Assembly (NCBI GenBank): GCA_005889295.1
Contig: VBEY01000242.1
Coordinates: forward strand, 1 to 50,244
Direction: 5' to 3'
DNA: 50,244 bases
Origin: Chloroflexota bacterium
GTDB taxonomy: Bacteria > Chloroflexota > Limnocylindria > P2-11E
Positions within the stretch are counted from its first letter, which is position 1, and the number at the start of each line of letters is the position of its first letter. A program made the translations under genes and the position numbers. The notes under the pieces are model-generated. The model saw only the letters and a program-made list of their open reading frames with translations. It did no database searches and was not told the DNA's origin. Shown in pieces: positions 44,296-50,244 of this stretch.

Positions 44296-44555
44296 GATTC
44301 GTCGCTCGCGTCCTGGTGCGGCCGAAGGCCGAGGTGCGCGATCCGCAGGGGGAGGCCGTGCTCGCGGCGCTGCGCTCGCTCGGGCACGACGTCGCGGAGG
44401 TGCGCACCGGCAAGGAGATCGTCGTCACCTTTGAGGCGCGCGACGAGAACGCAGCGCGAGAGACCGCGGATCGGATGGGCGACCAGCTCCTCGCCAACCC
44501 CGTCATCGAGAGCTACGCGGTCGAGGTCGAACGCGAGACCGCTAGGGCCCGCTGA
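44292..44555 (+). CDS. purS: FGAM synthase subunit PurS
   Basis: 87 aa. The GTG overlaps the purC stop as GTGA. Reads VRFVARVLVRPKAEVRDPQGEAVLAALRSLGHDVAEVRTGKEIVVTFEA...LANPVIESY. Confidence 0.85.
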   Translation: MRFVARVLVRPKAEVRDPQGEAVLAALRSLGHDVAEVRTGKEIVVTFEARDENAARETADRMGDQLLANPVIESYAVEVERETARAR

Positions 44556-45147
44556 GCTTCATCTCCGCGAGCTCGCGATCGCTGAAGACGCTTGGACAGA
44601 TCGGATCGCTACCGGGGGTGGCGGTGCAGGTCATCGGCGAATTCATGATCCCGACGCTCGAAAAGCCCGTCGGTGCTTCCTCCCAGTGGCCGTCCTTCGT
44701 TCCTGGTCCGAAGCAGCACCAGATGTGGCCCAGCTCGTGGAGGACCGTCGCCATAAGCTCGGGCACCGTGAGGCGTCGGCTCCCGTCGATCGTGTGGACC
44801 GCGATCATCCGCGAGGTCACCCGTCCGCCCCTTTGGTGCTGCATCAGCGCGGAGGTGCCGCTTGTGCCGTCGAGCTCGACATCGATGTCGCCGTCGGTAC
44901 GCACCGACAGGTGCCCTCGCCCAACCGTCGCAGTCGCCCAGGCGTTCGGCAGCGCGCCCGCAATCGCGTCACGCAGCTGCGGTAAGCGAGCTTTCTCCTG
45001 GGCGTCACCGTTATCGCCGATGAAAAGGTGAACGCTCAGGAACGCGGCCGAGATGAGCGGCGCGATCGTCGGGCCGGGTCGCAGGTCGCCAATAACCCCG
45101 CATGACGACGCAACGATGAGCACGAGCGCGCACGACGCGGCCTTCAC
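44542..45147 (-). CDS. Putative zinc metalloprotease lipoprotein (HExxH)
   Basis: 201 aa. Has a signal with a lipobox-like IVASSC and the zinc motif VLHELGHIW. Several Cys residues are present in the C-terminal half. It lies on the opposite strand inside the pur cluster, and its 3' end overlaps the purS 3' end by 14 nt. Confidence 0.6.
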   Translation of the reverse strand: MKAASCALVLIVASSCGVIGDLRPGPTIAPLISAAFLSVHLFIGDNGDAQEKARLPQLRDAIAGALPNAWATATVGRGHLSVRTDGDIDVELDGTSGTSALMQHQRGGRVTSRMIAVHTIDGSRRLTVPELMATVLHELGHIWCCFGPGTKDGHWEEAPTGFSSVGIMNSPMTCTATPGSDPICPSVFSDRELAEMKLSGP

Positions 45148-45198
45148 GAACCGAAATTACGTCCCACCACCTCGTGCGCATGCATCAAACTGGTGGTG

Positions 45199-45912
45199 AT
45201 GACGCGCGTCGCGATCCTCCGCTACCCCGGCACGTGGAGCGAGCGCGACTTCGCGCACGCGCTCTCGCTCATACCGGGCGTCGAGTCGGAGGTTCAGTGG
45301 CACGAGGACACGAACCTGCGCGGGTTCGACGCTGCGATCGTGCCGGGTGGCTTCAGCTATGGCGACTACCTCCGCGCCGGCGCGATCGCGAAGCTCTCAC
45401 CCGGGACGAAGGAGCTCCGCCGTTTCGCTTCGGAGGGCGGCGCGATCCTCGGGAGCTGCAATGGCTTTCAGATCCTCTGCGAGGCCGGACTCCTGCCGGG
45501 CGCCCTCATCCGCAACGCTGACCTTGCCTATCGCTCGGACTGGGTGCGCATCCGGGTCGAGAGTGACCGCACGCCGTTCACCAATGGACTTCGCGGCGCG
45601 GTCCTCCGTATGCCGATCGGCAACGGCGAAGGCTGCTGGGTGGCTGATCCGGAGACGAACGCACGCGTCGAGGCAGCCGGACAGGTCGCGTTCCGCTACG
45701 TCGATGAGCGTGGCGTCGCAACAGCGGCCGCGAATCCCAATGGATCACTTGGAAACATCGCCGGTGTCACGAATGAAACCGGCAACGTCCTGGGACTTAT
45801 GCCGCACCCGGAACGCTGCGTGGAAGCGCTCCTGGGGGGTACGGATGGGTATCGGATGCTGGGGAACCTCGCAGGAGCCCGCCACGGCACGGCTCCTGCC
45901 TTATATAGATAG
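45199..45912 (+). CDS. purQ: FGAM synthase glutaminase subunit PurQ
   Basis: Reads MTRVAILRYPGTWSERD...AAIVPGGFSYGDYLRAGAIA...GSCNGFQILCEAGLLPG...GLMPHPER, which covers the catalytic Cys and the HPE motif. The track start (GTG at 45193) is two codons earlier. Confidence 0.9.
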   Translation: MTRVAILRYPGTWSERDFAHALSLIPGVESEVQWHEDTNLRGFDAAIVPGGFSYGDYLRAGAIAKLSPGTKELRRFASEGGAILGSCNGFQILCEAGLLPGALIRNADLAYRSDWVRIRVESDRTPFTNGLRGAVLRMPIGNGEGCWVADPETNARVEAAGQVAFRYVDERGVATAAANPNGSLGNIAGVTNETGNVLGLMPHPERCVEALLGGTDGYRMLGNLAGARHGTAPALYR

Positions 45913-45914
45913 GT

Positions 45915-46766
45915 ATGGACCTCTTCGAAAAGCAGGCCCAGCTGCAAAGTCTGTTTCAGACTTCGCCGGTCGACGCGGCCTATGCCCAGGGGACGGTCAC
46001 GGGCCGGCGCATCGCGGGCACTTACCAAGATCTCGACGTCGCCCTTCTTCTGCTTTCGCGAGTGAACGCGAGCGAGTTCTTCGACTATCAGGTGTACTTC
46101 GTGAGCGAGCTCTCCAAAACGCTCGAGACCGAGGGCCTCGACGTCGTGATCCTGAACCAGGCATCGCTCCTTCAGCGCGCGCAGATCATCCGCAGCTGGA
46201 GTCTCCTCTACCAGCGCGACCAGAAGCGGCGCGTGCACTTCGAGGCGCGGTCGGTCATGGACTACCTCGAGTTCAAGAAGTACGACGACGTGCAATCGAA
46301 GGCGCTCGCCGAGCGCACCCGCGGCGAGCGCTTCGCGATCGACGCCGCGTACGTGCGCGCGCGCATCGCTCGACTGCGCGAGTACACGACCCTCCTGGGT
46401 GACCTTCGGGCGATCGAGCACACCAAGTTCAAGGCGGACCCGAAGCTGTACGGCCTCGCGCAGTGGCACCTGCAGCAGGCGGTCGAGCTCCTCTTCGGCA
46501 CCGGCGCGTATCTCGTTACCGCGCTCGCGCTCCCCAAGCCCGAGGCCTACCACGACATCCTCGACGCAATCGCCGGCCACGGGGTGATCGAGCGGGCGCT
46601 CGCGTACCGGCTCGAGCACCTCGCGAACTTGCGGAACCTGCTGGCCTTCGACCGCGAGCAGACCGACATCGACGACGTCTACAGTCAGATCCAGACACGG
46701 ATCCCGGACCTCGTCGCCTTCGCCGATCAGGTCGAGAAATTCGTGGGTACCGGAGACCTGTCCTAA
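45915..46766 (+). CDS. Single-chain fusion of minimal nucleotidyltransferase (MntA-like) and HEPN/DUF86 (HepT-like) domains
   Basis: The N-half reads AQGTVTGRRIAGTYQDLDVALLL...GLDVVILNQASLLQRAQIIRSWSLLYQRD and carries an NTase G[ST]...DxD plus the typical MNT tail. The C-half reads ADPKLYGLAQWHLQQAVELLFGTGAYLV...HDILDAIAGHGVI...LRNLLAFDRE, the DUF86 layout. F replaces the catalytic His of the RNxxxH motif. Confidence 0.65.
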   Translation: MDLFEKQAQLQSLFQTSPVDAAYAQGTVTGRRIAGTYQDLDVALLLLSRVNASEFFDYQVYFVSELSKTLETEGLDVVILNQASLLQRAQIIRSWSLLYQRDQKRRVHFEARSVMDYLEFKKYDDVQSKALAERTRGERFAIDAAYVRARIARLREYTTLLGDLRAIEHTKFKADPKLYGLAQWHLQQAVELLFGTGAYLVTALALPKPEAYHDILDAIAGHGVIERALAYRLEHLANLRNLLAFDREQTDIDDVYSQIQTRIPDLVAFADQVEKFVGTGDLS

Positions 46767-46792
46767 CTTTTCGCGCTTCCCAATATCGGCGT

Positions 46793-47812
46793 GTGGGCTA
46801 TCGCCGCAGGTTGGGGTTCGCCTCAGTCTTTGGCGCGGTCCTCTTAGCCTCCTGCCTGCAGTCCGCGAGCGCACCCTCTCCATCGCCCGCTGTCCCTTCT
46901 GCCTCGCCGACGATCGTCTCTTCGAGCGCCACTCCGCTCACGACAACGGCACAAGGGACGGCACCGGCGGCAGCGAAGCCTTCACCTCGACCGGTCGCTG
47001 CCGAACGTCCATCCGACCTGGTCATTCGGCTTGAATTGGCCGGCGATACGTGCTGTCCCATCCCGTGGGCTGTGCTGACCGCCGACGGCCGCTTCGTCAC
47101 GAGAACGGACGAGGCCTTGGTGCGAGAACGCAGACTCACGCCCGCTGGCGTGCAGCTCGTGCGCGACGAGATCGCCTCCACAGGTCTGTTCGAGCGCGAC
47201 CAACAAGTTCCGCTCGAGCCGCGGCCGGGCGCGAGCGCGCCGCAACGTGGAGTGGGAGCTCTTTTGTTCAAGGTTTGGCGCGACACGCGCAGCGTTGAGG
47301 TGGGAACAGCTACGGATCAGGGGGCGGACGAGGTCTTTTTCCAGCCGTCAGCCGCACGAACACGCTTGGACCGGCTCTCGAAGCAACTCTTGAAACCCGA
47401 GACCTGGCTTCCCGCGAACCCGTGGGCTGACTCCGTACCACGGGCTTACGAGGCGGCGACGTTCGCGTTGCTCCTTCGTACTGAGATCGGCCAAGCGAAT
47501 GAGCGACCAATGATCGACACGCTCCAGGCGACGTGGCCCTTCTCCGTAGGGCCCCTCGACCTCGGTCAGCCTCTCCCCGCGACTGCGGGCCCCGGGGCCG
47601 ACATGACCAGATGCTCTGTGCTGACGCGTGAGGACATGGTCGCGGTCGCGAATGCGATGGTGCGGGCTAGTGAGCCCGATCCGGTCTACACCTTGTCGGA
47701 CGGCACGCTCCTAACCTCGTTTGCCCGGGCGGACAACCAGGGCCGACTTGTCGTGACACTGCGTCCGCTCCTTCCGGATCGTCGGTCGTGCAACGGCGAG
47801 TACACCCAGTAG
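46793..47812 (+). CDS. Lipoprotein of unknown function
   Basis: The GTG at 46793 lies within track ORF 46463-47812. The product begins VGYRRRLGFASVFGAVLLASC (lipobox LASC). A Ser/Pro/Ala/Thr linker and a roughly 270-aa domain with no recognised motif follow. Confidence 0.6.
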   Translation: MGYRRRLGFASVFGAVLLASCLQSASAPSPSPAVPSASPTIVSSSATPLTTTAQGTAPAAAKPSPRPVAAERPSDLVIRLELAGDTCCPIPWAVLTADGRFVTRTDEALVRERRLTPAGVQLVRDEIASTGLFERDQQVPLEPRPGASAPQRGVGALLFKVWRDTRSVEVGTATDQGADEVFFQPSAARTRLDRLSKQLLKPETWLPANPWADSVPRAYEAATFALLLRTEIGQANERPMIDTLQATWPFSVGPLDLGQPLPATAGPGADMTRCSVLTREDMVAVANAMVRASEPDPVYTLSDGTLLTSFARADNQGRLVVTLRPLLPDRRSCNGEYTQ

Positions 47813-47873
47813 GATCCTTTGTCCTGGTCCGCTACTCTTTCCCCCTGATGGCGCCCGGAGCGAACCCCCGAAC

Positions 47874-50177
47874 GTGAGTGCGTCCCCGGCCTTGGGGACG
47901 ACGAAAACGGCGCAGCCTAACCAGATTCCACAGGACGCAGGCCTCACCGAACACGAGGCTGCCCTCGTGCGCGATCTCAGCGGCCGCGAGCCGAACGCGC
48001 TCGAGTGGGCGATGTTCGGCGCGATGTGGAGCGAGCACTGCGCGTACAAGCACTCCAAGAAGCTCCTGCGGACGCTGCCCTCGCGCGGCCCGTCCGTCGC
48101 CGTGGGACCGGGCGAGAACGCGGGCGCCGTCGATCTCGGCGATGGACTCCTCTGCGTCTTCAAGGTCGAGAGCCACAACCACCCGTCCGCGATCGAGCCG
48201 TTCCAGGGCGCGGCCACGGGCGTCGGCGGAATCCTCCGCGACGTCTTCGCGATGGGCGCGCGGCCGACCGCCGTCTTGAACGCGCTCTTCTTCGGAGACC
48301 CAGGCGATGCCCGCGTCCGCCGCACGATCTCGGGGGTCACCGGCGGCATCTCGTTCTACGGAAACTGCGTCGGCATCCCCGACGTCGCCGGGCACATCTC
48401 CTTCGAGCCGTGCTATGCCGAGAACCCGCTCGTGAACGCGATGTGCGTCGGCTTCGCGCGAGCCGAGGATCTCCGCAAGGCGAGCGGCGCACGGCCGGGG
48501 AGCGCCGTTTACCTCGTCGGCAGCGACACCGGCCGCGATGGGATCGCGGGCGCGTCGCTGCTCGCGTCATTCGAGCTCGGCACGGGCTCAGACCAAAAGC
48601 GCCCATCCGTCCAGGTCGGGAACCCGTTCCTCGAGAAGCTGCTGCTCGAAGCCACGCTGGAGCTCGTCGCAGCCGACGCGATCGAAGCTGTGCAGGACCT
48701 CGGCGCCGCCGGGCTGACGTGCGCGACGAGCGAAGTCGCCGCAAAGAGCGGCGTCGGTATGCGCATCGACGTCTCACTCGTTCCCCGTCGGGCACTCGCG
48801 ATGACGCCATACGAGGTGATGCTGTCGGAGTCCCAAGAAAGAATGCTCGTCGTCGCGCGTCCCGGCCGCGAGCGCGACGTCGAGCGCATCTTTACGCGCT
48901 GGGAGCTGCACGGCACCCGCATTGGCGAAGTGACCGCCGAGCCCCTTCTCAAGATCTTCGATGCCGACAATCTGGTCGCCGAGCTGCCGCCTCGAGCTCT
49001 CGCCGACGACGCTCCCGAATACGACATACGCGAGCTAGCGGCGTCGTATCGCGGATCGGACGAGGGGGCTGTCGGCGCAGTGGGACCCGGCGACCCTGCG
49101 TGGTCGACGGAGGGACCCGCGAGCACGACAGCCCCCTTGGCCGAGCCGCAACGGGCGACGGCCAAGATCGGTCTTGAGCTGCTCGATTTGCTCGCGTCCC
49201 CGGCGATCGCATCGCGACGGCTGATCTATCGAACCTATGACCAGATGGTCGGCACGGACACGGTCGTCGGACCCGGCGCCGATGCGGCGGTCATGCGTAT
49301 TAAGGGTCGGCCAGACGGCATCGCGCTCGCGATCGACGCGCAGCCGCGACTCGCGGCGATCGATCCATTCGTCGGCGCCGCGGCCGCGGTCGCCGAGGCG
49401 ACGCGCAATCTCGTGTGCATGGGCGCGACGCCACTCGCCATCACCGACTGCCTGAACATCGGCAACCCCGAGCGGCCCAAGGGCGCCTGGCAACTCACCC
49501 GCACCGTCGAGGGGATCGCCGCCGCGTGCGATGCGCTCGGCGTTCCGGTCGTCTCCGGGAACGTGTCCCTCTACAACGCCACGCACGGCGCCGACATCTG
49601 GCCGACCGCCGTCATCGGTGCCGTCGGCCGATTTGTCGACGTCACGAAGCACCTCGCACCGACGAGTGGCAGGCCGGGCGATCTCGTGCTGCTCGCGGGC
49701 AGCGCTCAGGTGTCCATCGGCCCATCGGCGTACGGCGCTGCGCGTGGCATCCACGAGGGGCCGGTCGCGATCGATCTCGACCTCGAGGCGCGGCTGCAGC
49801 GCTTCGTTCTCGCGGGGCATTCAAAGGGGGCGATCCGCGCGGCGCACGACCGCGATGCGGGCGGCCTCGGCGTCGCGCTGGCGGAGGTCGCGATCCGCGA
49901 TGGCATCGGCATGAAGGTCACACTTCCCGCGATCCGGGGGATCGACAAACGGGTCGCGCTCTTCGGCGAAGCTCCGTCAGGGATCGTTCTCGTCGTCGAC
50001 CCTGCGCGCGAGAGCGACGTGCGCGCGCTCGCGTCCCAGCACGAGGTGGCGCTCTGGACCCTCGGCACGGTCGGCGGCGACCTTCTGGAAGTCGCGCCGG
50101 TCCTCGGGACGCCGGTCAGCGCGTTGGCCGACGCGCACGCGCGCGGACTCGGTCGCGCGCTCGGGAGGGATGCATGA
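47874..50177 (+). CDS. purL: FGAM synthase II (large subunit PurL)
   Basis: 767 aa with EWAMFGAMWSEHCAYKHSK, VESHNHPSAIEPFQGAATGVGGILRD and PYEVMLSESQERML. Confidence 0.95.
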   Translation: MSASPALGTTKTAQPNQIPQDAGLTEHEAALVRDLSGREPNALEWAMFGAMWSEHCAYKHSKKLLRTLPSRGPSVAVGPGENAGAVDLGDGLLCVFKVESHNHPSAIEPFQGAATGVGGILRDVFAMGARPTAVLNALFFGDPGDARVRRTISGVTGGISFYGNCVGIPDVAGHISFEPCYAENPLVNAMCVGFARAEDLRKASGARPGSAVYLVGSDTGRDGIAGASLLASFELGTGSDQKRPSVQVGNPFLEKLLLEATLELVAADAIEAVQDLGAAGLTCATSEVAAKSGVGMRIDVSLVPRRALAMTPYEVMLSESQERMLVVARPGRERDVERIFTRWELHGTRIGEVTAEPLLKIFDADNLVAELPPRALADDAPEYDIRELAASYRGSDEGAVGAVGPGDPAWSTEGPASTTAPLAEPQRATAKIGLELLDLLASPAIASRRLIYRTYDQMVGTDTVVGPGADAAVMRIKGRPDGIALAIDAQPRLAAIDPFVGAAAAVAEATRNLVCMGATPLAITDCLNIGNPERPKGAWQLTRTVEGIAAACDALGVPVVSGNVSLYNATHGADIWPTAVIGAVGRFVDVTKHLAPTSGRPGDLVLLAGSAQVSIGPSAYGAARGIHEGPVAIDLDLEARLQRFVLAGHSKGAIRAAHDRDAGGLGVALAEVAIRDGIGMKVTLPAIRGIDKRVALFGEAPSGIVLVVDPARESDVRALASQHEVALWTLGTVGGDLLEVAPVLGTPVSALADAHARGLGRALGRDA

Positions 50178-50244
50178 CCGAGCCTCATAAGACGACACGG
50201 GAAGTCCTCGACGGAATCGCCCGCGAGCGCGCGCGACTCGAAGC
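50174..50244 (+). CDS. 5' end of an unidentified CDS translationally coupled to purL
   Basis: The ATG at 50174 overlaps the purL stop as ATGA and the frame stays open to the window end (MTEPHKTTREVLDGIARERARLE). It does not resemble the MCG.. N-terminus of PurF, so no product is called. Confidence 0.3.
   Translation, partial: MTEPHKTTREVLDGIARERARLE

Noticed and set aside
50174-50244. Calling the partial ORF after purL purF, on the basis of expected gene order
   Set aside because: The visible 23 residues (MTEPHKTTREVLDGIARERARLE) do not show the N-terminal Cys-Gly motif of amidophosphoribosyltransferase. Gene order alone is not evidence.

Overview
This is a very GC-rich chromosomal segment that is almost fully coding. 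GTG/TTG starts and 4-nt ATGA/GTGA start-stop overlaps are frequent. The style suggests Actinobacteria, Chloroflexi or a related Terrabacteria lineage, and the GAAC-N4-GTTC LexA box fits that. No taxon can be assigned from sequence alone.

Main content, left to right:
- A partial LysM protein gene on the minus strand.
- A Complex I operon reduced to nuoA-C-H-J-K-L-M-N, with no nuoB/D/E/F/G/I.
- A minus-strand pepP operon with two small membrane proteins.
- A sortase-like gene and an RlpA-like gene.
- A more A/T-rich islet of small genes: a KGG-repeat stress protein, a 98-aa unknown, a zinc-ribbon protein and a membrane-anchored LuxR-type HTH. These sit next to an HD hydrolase.
- A minus-strand run of M23 peptidase, unknown protein, 50-aa peptide and amidase.
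- An MFS transporter next to tRNA-Asp(GTC).
- A compact LexA-boxed minus-strand operon: lexA, AlkZ/YcaQ-like, AlkZ/YcaQ-like, dinB and a 140-aa unknown ORF.
- mscS, a DUF1232 gene, rplI and a multi-TM spermidine-synthase-like protein.
- Two tandem, translationally coupled dnaB paralogs.
- An epimerase, a TIGR03118-like propeller, a zinc-ribbon protein and a DUF218 gene.
- A large purine supercluster: purA, guaB (lacking the CBS domain), guaA, a long PIMT-like methyltransferase, purD, purE (internally deleted), purB, purC, purS, purQ and purL. It is interrupted by three non-purine genes: an HExxH lipoprotein on the opposite strand, a single-chain NTase-HEPN fusion, and an unknown lipoprotein.

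No CRISPR array, rRNA, transposase or integrase was seen.

The best candidates for an undescribed system are:
- the autoregulated lexA / 2x AlkZ-like glycosylase / dinB / orf140 cassette;
- the NTase-HEPN fusion plus lipoprotein embedded between purQ and purL;
- the coupled dnaB pair, with DnaA-box-like repeats upstream.

All family assignments come from reading motifs in the translations. No database search was run.
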